A DNA stretch of 64,000 bases from an uncultured Candidatus Binatia bacterium (GTDB lineage: Bacteria > Desulfobacterota > Binatia > UBA9968 > JAJDTQ01): positions 2,464,001 through 2,528,000 of the forward strand of contig OZ244070.1 in NCBI GenBank assembly GCA_965215605.1, written 5' to 3'. How positions within the stretch are numbered: the first letter of the stretch is position 1; each line of letters starts with the position of its first letter. Of the stretch, positions 9,796 to 22,140 are shown piece by piece. The notes under the pieces are model-generated. The model saw only the letters and a program-made list of their open reading frames with translations. It made no database searches and was not told the origin of the DNA. Made by a program: the position numbers and the translations under genes.

Positions 9796-10548
9796 TTACG
9801 CGTCGGCCAGCAGCGGGTTCAGCTTGCGGAAGAATTCGCCGATCTCGCCCTCGTAGCTATAGTCGGCCAGGGATTCGATGTGCGTGGATTCCCGGTTGAC
9901 GATGGCGAGGATCGCGCCGGCCTGCTTGGCGATGACGGGGAACGACGCGGCGGGTTGCACCACCAGGGACGAGCCCACCACGATGAAGACGTCCGCTGCT
10001 TCGCTCCAGACCTGGGCCTGCTGCATGGCGGCTTGCGGCATGGGTTGCCCGAAGGAGATGGTGCCGGTCTTGAGCAGCCCGTTGCAGGCGTCGCAGCGTG
10101 GCGAGGTGAACTCCTCGCCCAGGCCTTCCAGCACCGCGTCCGGATCGAAGCTCTTGCCGCAGCCGAGGCACACCACCGTGCGGTCCGAGCCGTGCAGTTC
10201 CACTATCTTGTCGTCCGAGACGCCGCCCCGGCTGTGCAGGCCGTCGATGTTCTGGGTGATGAGTCCCAGGAGCTTGCCGCGCTTTTCGAAATCACTGATG
10301 GAGGTGTGACCGATGTTGGGCTTGACCTCCTTGTAGAGCTGGTAGCTTTCCTTCTTGCGCTGCCAGGCCTGGACGCGCGCTTCCTCGCTGTTCATGAACT
10401 CGTCGAAGTAGACCGGCCTCATGCGGGTCCACTTGCCGCCGGGGCTTCGGAAGTCGGGGATGCCCGATTCGGTGCTGATGCCGGCGCCGGTGAAGAAGAC
10501 GATGTCGGTGGCGCGCCGGAGCGTCGCGGCGAAGTCGTCGAGGGTCAT
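9796..10548 (-). CDS. cobB: NAD-dependent protein deacylase (sirtuin, CobB/NpdA-like)
   Basis: FTGAGISTESGIPDFRSPGG, TQNIDGLH, ELHGS, two CxxC zinc pairs, VGSSLVVQPAA; start chosen at ATG 10548 from a GGAAGG RBS. Confidence 0.88.
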   Translation of the reverse strand: MTLDDFAATLRRATDIVFFTGAGISTESGIPDFRSPGGKWTRMRPVYFDEFMNSEEARVQAWQRKKESYQLYKEVKPNIGHTSISDFEKRGKLLGLITQNIDGLHSRGGVSDDKIVELHGSDRTVVCLGCGKSFDPDAVLEGLGEEFTSPRCDACNGLLKTGTISFGQPMPQAAMQQAQVWSEAADVFIVVGSSLVVQPAASFPVIAKQAGAILAIVNRESTHIESLADYSYEGEIGEFFRKLNPLLADA

Positions 10549-10720
10549 GGTCATCCTTCCGGAAAGGTTGCGTCCGCGGCCGAGCGCCAAGTCTCCCGAA
10601 TGTGGCTCGCGAAGTCAAATCGCGACGGGCTCGCGGCGGCTCTCCGTTGACTCGCTCCATCCGGGGCGATATGCCATCCATGGTGCGACGTTCGCCGGTT
10701 CCCGTGCCGTGCACCCGACG

Positions 10721-10745
10721 CGGGCGGGGTTGACCCCGCCCCTAC
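10721..10745 (-). repeat. GTAG-type REP-like palindrome, copy 1
   Basis: Reverse complement GTAGGGGCGGGGTCAACCCCGCCCG; related copies at 36839 and 56279. Confidence 0.65.
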
Positions 10746-10766
10746 ACCAGACGACCGAGGTAACCA

Positions 10767-13043
10767 ATGGCAGCAGACAAGATCGTGGGCGTTCCCACCC
10801 CCCGTGTGGAGGGCGTGGGCAAGGTGACGGGCGAGGCGGTCTACGCGGTGGACGTGACCCTTCCGGACATGCTGTGGGGCAAGGTGCTGCGGAGCCCGAT
10901 CCCCTACGGGAAGATCAAGCGCATCGACACGAGCCGGGCGGAGCAGGTCCCGGGGGTCCGGGCCGTGGTCACCGGCGCCGACGTGGCCGGGCTCAAGATC
11001 GGCCGGCGGCTGTGCGACATGTCCATCCTGGCCGAGGACGTGGTCCGCTTCGTGGGCGAGAAGGTGGCGGCGGTGGCGGCCGACAGCGAGGAGGCGGCGG
11101 AGCGGGCGGCGGAGTTGATCGCGGTGGAGTACGAGGACCTGGAGCCGGTGCTCGATCCGCTGGAGGCGGTGAAGCCCTCGGCCCCTCTGATCCATCCGGA
11201 CGTCATGAGCTACGACGGACTCATGGCGCCGCTGGACTCGCCCACCAACACCTTCGTGTACCTGTCATGGGGCAAGGGGGACGTCGAGAAGGGGTTCGCC
11301 GAATCCGACGTCATCGTGGAGAACACGTTCTACACGCAGCCGGTGCACCAAGGCTACATCGAGCCCCACTCCTGCGTGGTCAGTGTGACGGAATCCGGGA
11401 CCGCGGAGATCTGGTCCTGCAGCAAGACCCCGTTCGCCCTGCGCCAGCAGCTTGCCAAGGCCTTGCAGATGCCGTTCGAGAGCCTGATGGTGCATCCGTG
11501 CTACATCGGCGGCGATTTCGGCGGCAAGGGCGACTTCATGGACGTTGCCGTGGCCTACGTGCTGTCGCGGAAGAGCGGGCGTCCGGTGAAGATGGTCATG
11601 GACTACGACGAGGAGCTCATGGCCGGCAACCCGCGCCACGCCTGCACCATCAAGGTCCGCACCGGAGTCAAGCGGGACGGCCGGATCATGGCGCATCATC
11701 TCGACTTCATCTTCGACAGTGGCGCCTACGGCGCCTTCAAGCCCATCGGCTTTCTCTTCGGCGCCCAGGAGGCCGGGGGCGCCTACAACATGCCGCACCA
11801 CCTGAGCGAGGAGCGGGTGGTCTACACCAACAAGATCCCGTGCGGGCACATGCGGGCCCCGGGCGACCCCCAGGGCTTTTTCGCCACCGAGAGCCAGATG
11901 GACGCGGTGGCCAGGGAACTGGGCATGGACCCGGTGGAGTTCAGGAAGATCAACCTGATGCATGACGGCGACGAGTCGCCCACCGGCCACGTGCTGCACC
12001 ACATCAAGGCCGAGGAGACCCTGGACAAGGCCGTCGCCGAGTCCGGCTACCGGACCCCCAAGGGCGCCAACACCGGGCGCGGGGTGGCCGTGGCCCAGTG
12101 GCTGCCGCTGGGAGGCGAGTGCTACGCCTTCGTCACCATCGACACGGACGGGTCCGTCACGGTCTCGTGCGCGGCCATGGACCAAGGCAGCGGCACCTAC
12201 ACGGTGCTCCGGCAACTGGCGGCCCAGGAGCTCCAGGTGCCGCTGGAATCCGTGAACCTGGAGACCCTGGACTCCACCCAGGTGGAGAAGGACCAAGGCC
12301 TGGGCGGCAGCCGCGGCACCCGGATCTACGGCAACGCCGCCTACCGGGCGGTGACGGCGGCGAAGGAAGAACTGTTGCAAATCGCGGCCGAGGCCATGGG
12401 CACGGACGTCGACAAGGTGGCGGTGGCCGAGGGGGGCGTGACACAGCTCGACGCGGAGCGGCGCATGACCTTCGCCGAGCTGGTCCGCGCCAAGGGCTCG
12501 GCCATCGAGGGCGCGGGCCACTACAACGACACCACCATGGGCCCGGAAGCTTCCATGTGCGCCGAGGTGGCTGAGGTGGAGGTGGATCCCGAGACCGGCC
12601 AGGTGGAGCTACGCAGGGTCACCGCGGCGCTCAACACCGGCACCATCATCAACCCGCTCATGCACCAGGGTCAGATCGACGGCGCCATCGTCATGGGAGT
12701 GGGCTACGCGCTCATGGAGGACGTGCAGTTCGACGACGGCAAGGTTACCACGGCCAACCTCGGCGACTACAAGATACCGACCATCCGGGACCTGCCGGAG
12801 CTGCGCACTGCCCTGATCCAGTCCGACACCGGCAGCGGCCCCTACAACAGCATGAGCATCGGCGAGACGCCCATCATCCCGTTCGCCGCCGCGGTGGCCA
12901 ACGCGGTGGCCGACGCCACCGGCGCGCGCATCCGGTCGCTTCCCATCACGGCCGAGAAGGTGCTGTCGAGGATGTCCGAGTCTGGCGCGCCGGCCTCTCG
13001 ATCCGCCCGCCAGGGGCTGGACAGCGTCCTGCCTCGTGGCTAA
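10767..13043 (+). CDS. Xanthine dehydrogenase-family molybdopterin-binding large subunit
   Basis: KVTGEAVYAVD, VHQGYIEPH, IGGDFGGK, GHMRAPGDPQ, EVEVDPETG, GQIDGAIVMGVG, SIGETP. Confidence 0.92.
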   Translation: MAADKIVGVPTPRVEGVGKVTGEAVYAVDVTLPDMLWGKVLRSPIPYGKIKRIDTSRAEQVPGVRAVVTGADVAGLKIGRRLCDMSILAEDVVRFVGEKVAAVAADSEEAAERAAELIAVEYEDLEPVLDPLEAVKPSAPLIHPDVMSYDGLMAPLDSPTNTFVYLSWGKGDVEKGFAESDVIVENTFYTQPVHQGYIEPHSCVVSVTESGTAEIWSCSKTPFALRQQLAKALQMPFESLMVHPCYIGGDFGGKGDFMDVAVAYVLSRKSGRPVKMVMDYDEELMAGNPRHACTIKVRTGVKRDGRIMAHHLDFIFDSGAYGAFKPIGFLFGAQEAGGAYNMPHHLSEERVVYTNKIPCGHMRAPGDPQGFFATESQMDAVARELGMDPVEFRKINLMHDGDESPTGHVLHHIKAEETLDKAVAESGYRTPKGANTGRGVAVAQWLPLGGECYAFVTIDTDGSVTVSCAAMDQGSGTYTVLRQLAAQELQVPLESVNLETLDSTQVEKDQGLGGSRGTRIYGNAAYRAVTAAKEELLQIAAEAMGTDVDKVAVAEGGVTQLDAERRMTFAELVRAKGSAIEGAGHYNDTTMGPEASMCAEVAEVEVDPETGQVELRRVTAALNTGTIINPLMHQGQIDGAIVMGVGYALMEDVQFDDGKVTTANLGDYKIPTIRDLPELRTALIQSDTGSGPYNSMSIGETPIIPFAAAVANAVADATGARIRSLPITAEKVLSRMSESGAPASRSARQGLDSVLPRG

Positions 13044-13076
13044 CGGCCGGCAACGCGCCCACGGACCCGTAGTTTC

Positions 13077-14342
13077 GTGAAGCCATATTTCAGGCAGGGC
13101 ACCAGCTTCATGTCCACCTGGTGGGTCGTGTTTGCCGGCGCCTTCGCCCACGCCGTCAGCACGGGTCTGGCCTATTTCGGCCTGAGCGCCTACTTCCCGT
13201 CCTTCGAGCGCGAATTCGGCTGGAGCCGCACCGCCATCTCCGGCGCCTTCTCCATGGCCCGGGTGGAGTCCGGCCTGCTGGGGCCTGCCGAAGGGTATAT
13301 GACCGACCGCCTCGGTCCGAAGCGGGTCATGTACCTGGGCATCGTGATCTGCGCCCTGGGTTTCCTCGGCATGAGCCTGGTGAACTCCCTGCCGATGCTC
13401 TACGTCACCATCGTCGTGGGCATCGTGCTGGGTTCCAGCGTTGGATTCTACATTCCCGTCAGCGTGGTCGTGGCCACGCTGTTTCGCGCCCGCCGCAGCC
13501 TCGCCTTCGGCATCTTCCGCATGGGCCCGGGACTCTCCGGTCTGATGGTGCCGTTGGTGGGTCTCATGATCGTGTGGTGGGGTTGGCGCACGGCGTCGGT
13601 GGCCTCGGCGGTGATCATCGTGGTCATGGGCTGGCCGCTGGCCCGTGCCATCGGAAACGCCTATGAACGGCGCGCCGGCGTGGAGCCGCCAGCGAATCCG
13701 CCAGCCCCTGGCGCTGCCGCGAAAACCCCGCCGCCCGAGGTCTCGCTGACGCTCAAGGAGACGCTGCGCACGCGGTCGTTCTGGCTTCTCGCCGCGGTCA
13801 TGGGCCTGCGTCAGATGGTCACGGAGGGGATCTCGGTCCACCTCGTGATTCTCCTGGTGGACCGGGGCTGGAAGCAGGAGGTGGCAGCCGGACTGCTCGG
13901 GACTTCCGCCCTCATCGGCGTCCCGTCGCGCCTGGCTTTCGGCTGGATGGGAGACTTCATCGACAAGCGCAAGCTCATGATCGGCCTGCTCGCCGCGCTG
14001 AGCGTTTCGGTCCTGACCATGGGAATGACCACCTCCTCCGCGTGGTTCATGGCCGGGCTGGTGGTGTACTCCCTTTGCTACGGCGGCCTCGCCTCGCTCC
14101 AGGAACCCATCCGCGCCGACTACTTCGGCATCCGCCACTTCGCCAGCATCCAGGGCTTCAGCCGCCTGTTCGTCACCGCCGGCAGCGTCATGGGCCCCGT
14201 CAGCGCAGGCTTCTTCTACGATCTGACCCAGAGTTATACCGTGCCCCTCACGATCTTCGCCGGCTCCGCCTTCACTTCCACCGTGCTGATGTTCTGGACA
14301 CTGCCGCCGGCCAAGCCCCGCTCGAACTCCACGCCTCCGTAG
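13077..14342 (+). CDS. MFS transporter (OFA/MCT-like)
   Basis: EREFGWSRTAIS, GYMTDRLGPKRV, GWMGDFIDKRK, ADYFGIRHFASIQG; alternative ATG at 13110. Confidence 0.88.
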   Translation: MKPYFRQGTSFMSTWWVVFAGAFAHAVSTGLAYFGLSAYFPSFEREFGWSRTAISGAFSMARVESGLLGPAEGYMTDRLGPKRVMYLGIVICALGFLGMSLVNSLPMLYVTIVVGIVLGSSVGFYIPVSVVVATLFRARRSLAFGIFRMGPGLSGLMVPLVGLMIVWWGWRTASVASAVIIVVMGWPLARAIGNAYERRAGVEPPANPPAPGAAAKTPPPEVSLTLKETLRTRSFWLLAAVMGLRQMVTEGISVHLVILLVDRGWKQEVAAGLLGTSALIGVPSRLAFGWMGDFIDKRKLMIGLLAALSVSVLTMGMTTSSAWFMAGLVVYSLCYGGLASLQEPIRADYFGIRHFASIQGFSRLFVTAGSVMGPVSAGFFYDLTQSYTVPLTIFAGSAFTSTVLMFWTLPPAKPRSNSTPP

Positions 14343-14402
14343 ACCCGAACCGCCGCCCTGCGGCCCCGAACGCTGTCTCCCTCACCCCGGACCACTCCTC
14401 CA

Positions 14403-14429
14403 GGATCCCGGGTCAGGCCCGGGATGACG
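14403..14429. repeat. REP-like palindrome ending in GACG (CGTC-type)
   Basis: GGATCCCGGG-TCAGG-CCCGGGATGACG in an intergenic gap; degenerate ...AATGACG relatives near 29161-29212. Confidence 0.5.
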
Positions 14430-14487
14430 GAGGGGTGGTCCGGCGTGAAGTTGCAGCGGACATTCGTTCATTGTACTCGTGAAGGGC

Positions 14488-14970
14488 ATGAGCGAATCCG
14501 GATTCAGCGTTCCCAGGGAGGAGAGGTACTTCGAGGATTACGTGGCGGGCTCGGTGCATGAATTCGGCCCGGTGAGCCTGAACGAGACAGAGATCGTCGA
14601 CTTCGGCAAGCGTTTCGTGCCGCAGCCGTATCACGTCGATCCGGAGCTTGCGAAAAAGACCATTTACAAGGGGCTCATCGCCAGCGGCTGGCACACCGCC
14701 GCGGCCATGATGCGGGTCTATTCCGACAACTATCTCTCGGCGGTTGCCAACCTCGGGTCCCCGGGGGTGGACGAGCTCCGCTGGAACAAGCCCGTGCGGC
14801 CGGGTGACCGGTTGACGGTGCGCGTCACGGTGCTGGAGACCCGCAGGTCGAGTTCGAAGCCGGAACGCGGCATCGTCAACTCGTTCCTGGAGACCCTGAA
14901 TCAGGACGGCGACGTGGTCATGAGCATGAAGATGATCAACTTCATGACCGCCCGGCAGGCGCCCGCATAG
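14488..14970 (+). CDS. MaoC-family dehydratase (hotdog fold)
   Basis: RYFEDY, PQPYHVDPELA, GLIASGWHT, SPGVDELRWNKPVRPGD. Confidence 0.88.
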   Translation: MSESGFSVPREERYFEDYVAGSVHEFGPVSLNETEIVDFGKRFVPQPYHVDPELAKKTIYKGLIASGWHTAAAMMRVYSDNYLSAVANLGSPGVDELRWNKPVRPGDRLTVRVTVLETRRSSSKPERGIVNSFLETLNQDGDVVMSMKMINFMTARQAPA

Positions 14971-15028
14971 CATCCCGGGCGAGCAACGCGCGGCAGGTTC
15001 GTTGGCGCACATGGAACGAGGGAGGCGC

Positions 15029-16033
15029 GTGATCTACGACATCGAAATCAACTCCGCGGCGCATTACCCGGCGGCGGACGTGGTGGGTCTGGTGGAGCGG
15101 GCGGAGCAGGCCGGGTTCGGCGCGTTCTGGAAGGGCGAGTCCAACAGCACCGACCCCATGGTGCTGATCTCCGCGGCGGCCAGCCGCACCAGCACCATCA
15201 AGCTGGGGACCGCCATCTACCACATCTACGGCCGCAGCCCGGTGACGCTGGGGTTGCAGGCGGCCACGCTCCAGGACCTCTCCGGCGGACGCGTGCTGCT
15301 GGGGCTGGGGGTGGCCAACAAGGCCATCGCGGCCTGGCACGGAGGGGTCTTCGACCGTCCGCTGCGGCGCGCGCGGGAGTACATGGAGGTCGTGCGCAAG
15401 GTGGTGGCTGGGGAGCGGGTCGAGTACGAAGGGGAGATCTACAGCACCGGCAAGCGCTTCCAGCTCTCGTGGAAGCCGCGGCACCCGCTTATGCCCGTCT
15501 ATCTTGCCGGCCTGGGGCCGCAGATGACACGACTGGCGGGAAGGATATCGGACGGAGTCTTCATCAACATGGCCACGCCCGAGAAGATCCGCGAGATCGC
15601 GGATCGGACCCAGGCGGCGGCCCAGGCCGTTGGACGAGGCCCGGTCGACGTCATCGGAAAGGTGCGCGTGTCCCTCAATGCGGACCGCGAGGTGGCGCGC
15701 TCCAAGCTCCGGCAGGCGCTGACGTTCTACAACATCGCGGACCACTACAGCGACATGCTGCGGGAACAGGGCTTCGTCGCCGAGGTGGATGCAATTCAGG
15801 AGGCGTTCCGGAGCGGCGGCTTCAAGGCGGCCATGGGCGCCCTCACCGACGACTACATGGACCGGCTGCCGGTGATCCCGGCGACGTCGGTGGCGGAGAT
15901 CAAGGACCGGTTGGCGCCGTACATGGAGGCAGGGGTGACGCGGATGGTGGTGCCGTACGTTCCCGTCAGCGAGCCCGCCGCCGAGGACGCCGAGCGGTTC
16001 ATCACCGCCTGGGGCGAGGACGCCGCCGGCTGA
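15029..16033 (+). CDS. LLM-class flavin- or F420-dependent oxidoreductase
   Basis: AEQAGFGAFWKGE, TSTIKLGTAI, TLQDLSGGRVLLGLG, PVYLAGLGPQMTRLAGRISDG; GTG start after GGAGG. Confidence 0.85.
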   Translation: MIYDIEINSAAHYPAADVVGLVERAEQAGFGAFWKGESNSTDPMVLISAAASRTSTIKLGTAIYHIYGRSPVTLGLQAATLQDLSGGRVLLGLGVANKAIAAWHGGVFDRPLRRAREYMEVVRKVVAGERVEYEGEIYSTGKRFQLSWKPRHPLMPVYLAGLGPQMTRLAGRISDGVFINMATPEKIREIADRTQAAAQAVGRGPVDVIGKVRVSLNADREVARSKLRQALTFYNIADHYSDMLREQGFVAEVDAIQEAFRSGGFKAAMGALTDDYMDRLPVIPATSVAEIKDRLAPYMEAGVTRMVVPYVPVSEPAAEDAERFITAWGEDAAG

Positions 16034-16072
16034 TGCGGCGACGAGACTACGGAATACGAAAGCGAGGAAACA

Positions 16073-17086
16073 ATGTGTGATTTCGCAGCAGACGCGGAAG
16101 CCGCCGGCATCCTGGTGGGCCGGACCCTTACCCTGGAACGCGTCCGCCAACTCAACGCCAAGGACTACTTCTACCAGATGCTCAAGGACAACCCCGAGAT
16201 GCTCAAGATCTACCCGGGCATCGAGGACGAGTTGCTTGAGGACGCCATCGACTGCCACATCCACGCCTATCCCGACTTCGTGCACCGATCCCAGGACATG
16301 ATCCAGATCGCGGTGGATGCGTCCAAGGCCGGCATGCGGGCACTGGCCTTCAAGGACCATTGGAACGTCAGCGCCAACGCCTGTTACGTCGTGCAGCGCC
16401 ACATCGACCACCTCGTCGAGACGGGGGAGTTGGAAAATCGGGTGGAGGTCTACGGCGGCTGCGGCATGTGCTACGGCATGAACCCCGAGTACGTCCGGAT
16501 AGCGCTCCAGTACCCCAATGCCAAGATGATCTGGTTCCCGACCTTCACCTCGTTCGGGTTCTGGCGCAGCGCCGGCCATCCGGAGAAGGGCGGCGTGCGC
16601 CTGGTGAGCGAGGAGGGCGAGGTGCTGCCGGAGGTGGTGGAGATCATGAAGATGGCGGTGGAGAACAAGGTCGGCATCGGCTTCGGCCACACCGACTTCG
16701 AGGAACTCCTGCCGCTGTGCAAGAAGGCCAAGGAGCTGGGCGTTCGGGCCACCCTGGACCATCCGCTGCTGGAGCTCAACAAGCTGCTGCTGGACGAGAT
16801 GAAGGAGCTGGCGGACTTGGGCGTGTACGTGGGCACCTACTGCCAGCCCATGATCCCGAGCCTCTACCAGCCCATCGCCGATCCCATGGAGACCGTCAAG
16901 ACCATCGCCGAGATCGGCCCCGAGCGCTGCATCATCGGCAGCGACTTCGGCCAGGTGCTGCACCTGAACGCCGTCGACGGCATGCGCGTGTTCATCCGCG
17001 CGCTGCTGGGGTTCGGCATCACCAAGGATCAGATTTCCATCATGCTCAAGGACAATCCGGCCAAGCTCATGTGGCTGGACGACTGA
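16073..17086 (+). CDS. Amidohydrolase-fold metalloprotein (DUF6282-like)
   Basis: [35 protein letters not shown]. Confidence 0.75.
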   Translation: MCDFAADAEAAGILVGRTLTLERVRQLNAKDYFYQMLKDNPEMLKIYPGIEDELLEDAIDCHIHAYPDFVHRSQDMIQIAVDASKAGMRALAFKDHWNVSANACYVVQRHIDHLVETGELENRVEVYGGCGMCYGMNPEYVRIALQYPNAKMIWFPTFTSFGFWRSAGHPEKGGVRLVSEEGEVLPEVVEIMKMAVENKVGIGFGHTDFEELLPLCKKAKELGVRATLDHPLLELNKLLLDEMKELADLGVYVGTYCQPMIPSLYQPIADPMETVKTIAEIGPERCIIGSDFGQVLHLNAVDGMRVFIRALLGFGITKDQISIMLKDNPAKLMWLDD

Positions 17087-17115
17087 GAGAGCGAACAGAG
17101 AAGGAGTCGACGGAA

Positions 17116-18789
17116 ATGGCCGAACCACTGAACCGGCACAGCCGGGCCATCACCCAAGGGCCGGACCGGGCGCCGTCCCGGGCCATGTTCAAGGCGGTAG
17201 GGTTGACGGACGAGGATCTCGACAAGCCGCTGGTGGGCGTCGCCAACACCTGGATCGAGGTGATGCCGTGCAACTTCCACCTGCGCCGGCTCTCGGCCAA
17301 GGTGAAGGAGGGCATCCGCGCCGCCGGCGGAACGCCCATCGAGTTCAACACCGTGGCGGTCTCCGACGGCATCTCCATGGGCACCGAGGGGATGAAGGCC
17401 TCGCTCATCAGCCGCGAGGTCATCGCCGATTCCATCGAGCTGGTGACCCGCGGGCACCTGTTCGACGCGGTGGTGGCGCTGTCGGGCTGCGACAAGACCA
17501 TCCCGGGCACGGTCATGGCCCTGGCGCGGCTGGACCTGCCGTCGCTGATGCTCTACGGCGGCTCCATCATGCCGGGACGGTTCCAGGGGCGCGACGTGAC
17601 CATCCAGGATGTGTTTGAGGGGGTGGGCGCCCACGCCGCCAAGAAGATGACCGATGCCGAGCTGCTGGACCTGGAGAGCCGTGCCTGTCCCGGCCCGGGC
17701 GCGTGCGGTGGACAGTTCACTGCCAACACCATGGCCACCGCCTTCGAGATCCTGGGGATCTCTCCCATCGGCAGCGCCAGCGTGCCGGCCATGGACGACA
17801 GCAAGGACGACGTCGCCTACCGCGCCGGCGAGATGGTCATGGATCTGGTGCGCAAGAACCTGACCGCGCGGCAGGTCATCACCCGCGAGGCACTGGAGAA
17901 CGCCGTGGCCTCCATCGCGGCCACCGGCGGTTCCACCAACGGCGTGCTGCACCTCCTCGGCGTGGCCCGCGAGGCGGAAGTCGACCTGCGCATCGACGAT
18001 TTCGACCGCATCAGCTCCCGGACGCCGCTGATCGCGGACCTGAAGCCCGGCGGCCGCTTCGTGGCCAACGACCTCTACCGGGCCGGCGGGATTCCGCTGG
18101 TGGCGCGCCGCCTGCTGGACGCCGGCCGGCTGAACGGTGATTGCATGACCGTCACCGGGAAGACCCTGGGCCAGGAGGTCGGGGAAGCCGAGGAGACTCC
18201 CGGCCAGGAGGTGGTACGGCCGGTGTCCGAGCCGCTCAAGCCCACCGGCGGGCTCGTGATCCTCAGGGGCAACCTGGCGCCCGAGGGCTGCGTGGTCAAG
18301 GTGGCAGGGCACGAGCGCACGCGCCACAGCGGTCCGGCGCGGGTGTTCGACCGCGAGGAAGACTCCTTCAAGGCGGTGCAGAATGGAGAGATCGAGGAAG
18401 GCGACGTGGTGGTGATCCGCTACGAGGGCCCCATGGGCGGTCCGGGCATGCGCGAGATGCTGGGCGTCACCGCCGCCCTGGTGGGGGCCGGCCTCGGCGA
18501 GTCCGTGGCGCTTCTCACCGACGGCCGTTTCTCCGGCGCCACCCACGGGCTCATGGCCGGCCACGTGGCGCCGGAGGCCGCCAGGGGCGGCCCCATCGCC
18601 GCGGTGCGGGACGGCGACACCATCACGTTCGACGTCGACGCCCGCCGTCTCGACGTGGAGATCTCCGAGGAAGAGATGGACAAGCGCCTGCGGGAGTGGG
18701 AGGCGCCGGAGCCGCGCTACGCCAGCGGCGTCATGGCCAAGTACGCCAAGCTGGTGTCGTCGGCTTCAGAGGGCGCGGTAACGAGGTAA
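17116..18789 (+). CDS. ilvD: Dihydroxy-acid dehydratase
   Basis: [73 protein letters not shown]; ATG 17116 after AAGGAG. Confidence 0.96.
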   Translation: MAEPLNRHSRAITQGPDRAPSRAMFKAVGLTDEDLDKPLVGVANTWIEVMPCNFHLRRLSAKVKEGIRAAGGTPIEFNTVAVSDGISMGTEGMKASLISREVIADSIELVTRGHLFDAVVALSGCDKTIPGTVMALARLDLPSLMLYGGSIMPGRFQGRDVTIQDVFEGVGAHAAKKMTDAELLDLESRACPGPGACGGQFTANTMATAFEILGISPIGSASVPAMDDSKDDVAYRAGEMVMDLVRKNLTARQVITREALENAVASIAATGGSTNGVLHLLGVAREAEVDLRIDDFDRISSRTPLIADLKPGGRFVANDLYRAGGIPLVARRLLDAGRLNGDCMTVTGKTLGQEVGEAEETPGQEVVRPVSEPLKPTGGLVILRGNLAPEGCVVKVAGHERTRHSGPARVFDREEDSFKAVQNGEIEEGDVVVIRYEGPMGGPGMREMLGVTAALVGAGLGESVALLTDGRFSGATHGLMAGHVAPEAARGGPIAAVRDGDTITFDVDARRLDVEISEEEMDKRLREWEAPEPRYASGVMAKYAKLVSSASEGAVTR

Positions 18790-18808
18790 GCGGGAAAGGA
18801 GGTGCACA

Positions 18809-19213
18809 ATGGCCAAGTACAACAAGATGTCCATGCCCCTGAAGGACGTGAAGGACAAGGAGTTTCTGGCGCGCCGGTTGAACTGCGAGGGAGTCGGCTT
18901 CGGCATCGTGCGGATCAAGCCGGGCAAGGGCGCGGAGTACGTGCACCAGCACAAGGTGCAGGAGGAGGTGTTCATGACCCTCAAGGGCGACGGCACCATC
19001 ATCCTGGACGGCCGCCGGATCCCCATGCCCGAGGGCACCGTCATCCGGGTGAGCCCGGAGGTCAACCGCGCCATCGGCAACGACTCCAAGCGCGACGTGG
19101 TGTTCCTGTGCATGGGCGCGGTCCCGCCGAAGGACTTTCCCTTGGGCGGCCGCACGCTGTTGGGCGACGGCATCCCGCACCGGGACAAGGTGCCGCGCTG
19201 GAAGAAGGCGTAG
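18809..19213 (+). CDS. Cupin-domain protein
   Basis: HQHKVQEEVFMTLKG cupin motif 1; GGAGG RBS. Confidence 0.8.
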   Translation: MAKYNKMSMPLKDVKDKEFLARRLNCEGVGFGIVRIKPGKGAEYVHQHKVQEEVFMTLKGDGTIILDGRRIPMPEGTVIRVSPEVNRAIGNDSKRDVVFLCMGAVPPKDFPLGGRTLLGDGIPHRDKVPRWKKA

Positions 19214-19278
19214 CTCTCCGTTGAACCGTCGCGTCCGCCGTATTAACATGGACGCTACCAAGGGTTCGGAGGCCCTCG

Positions 19279-19593
19279 ATGAGCAAGCGCGAGCACGACC
19301 TCGACCGCGAAGTCGTCGTCGAGACCGAGAAGAAGCTCAAGCGGCCCTCTCTTTTCAAGGTGCTGCTGCACAACGACGACTACACCACCAAGGAGTTCGT
19401 GGTCCAGATCCTGGAGTACGTGTTCAACAAGGACAACACCGAGGCGGTGCAGATCATGATGCACGTGCATCGGAACGGCATGGGGGTGGCCGGGGTCTAC
19501 CCCTACGAGGTGGCGGAGACCAAGGTGAAGACCGTGGAGGGACTGGCGCGCCAGTACGAGTATCCGCTCAAGTGCAGCATCGAAGAGGAATGA
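19279..19593 (+). CDS. clpS: ATP-dependent Clp protease adaptor ClpS
   Basis: KVLLHNDDYTTKEFVV...MMHVHRNG...EVAETKV...YPLKCSIE. Confidence 0.96.
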   Translation: MSKREHDLDREVVVETEKKLKRPSLFKVLLHNDDYTTKEFVVQILEYVFNKDNTEAVQIMMHVHRNGMGVAGVYPYEVAETKVKTVEGLARQYEYPLKCSIEEE

Positions 19594-19630
19594 ACTTCCG
19601 AGAGCGAATAAGCCTCGAAGGGGCGGGAAC

Positions 19631-21874
<2,244 letters not shown>

Positions 21875-21895
21875 CCCCGGGCCATCTGGGATTGG

Positions 21896-21947
21896 AATTT
21901 AGTCAGTAATCATTGACTAAATTTAGTCAGTAATGATTGACTAAATT
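21896..21947. repeat. Tandem duplicated AT-rich palindrome (24-bp period)
   Basis: AATTTAGTCA-GTAATCAT-TGACTAAATT followed by AATTTAGTCA-GTAATGAT-TGACTAAATT, the two copies sharing the central AATT. Confidence 0.85.
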
Positions 21948-22140
21948 TGGGCAGCGGTCATCATCCTTCAGTTGTGGCCGCTGTCGATCCCCGCTTTGCC
22001 TCGCACAACCTCCATCTTGAAGATCCGGAGTTGTTCCGCGCCATGGACCCGTGTCCACGGGTTGCCAAACGAGTTGCTGCCCTTGCACCTGCAGCGGTTG
22101 GGTGAATCGCCACACTACGTGACGTGGTGAGAGACTGGGA

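Noticed and set aside
9796-10548. Sirtuin as an anti-phage SIR2 effector
   Set aside because: Has the zinc-binding domain and size of a housekeeping CobB-type deacylase, with no defence partners nearby.
16360-17115. Apparent N-terminal extensions on IlvD and similarly on IorB, FabG, LptE, RuvA, RlpA and the acyl-CoA dehydrogenase in the ORF track
   Set aside because: Artefacts of choosing the first start codon; real starts with RBS or homologous N-termini lie downstream. The REC-LpxC fusion differs because both halves are recognisable domains.
21896-21947. CRISPR array or chromosomal dif site
   Set aside because: Only two abutting units with no spacers and no cas genes; arms do not match the XerC/XerD consensus.
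21927-22115. 62-aa minus-strand ORF
   Set aside because: No RBS or motif; ends inside the palindrome; probably non-coding.
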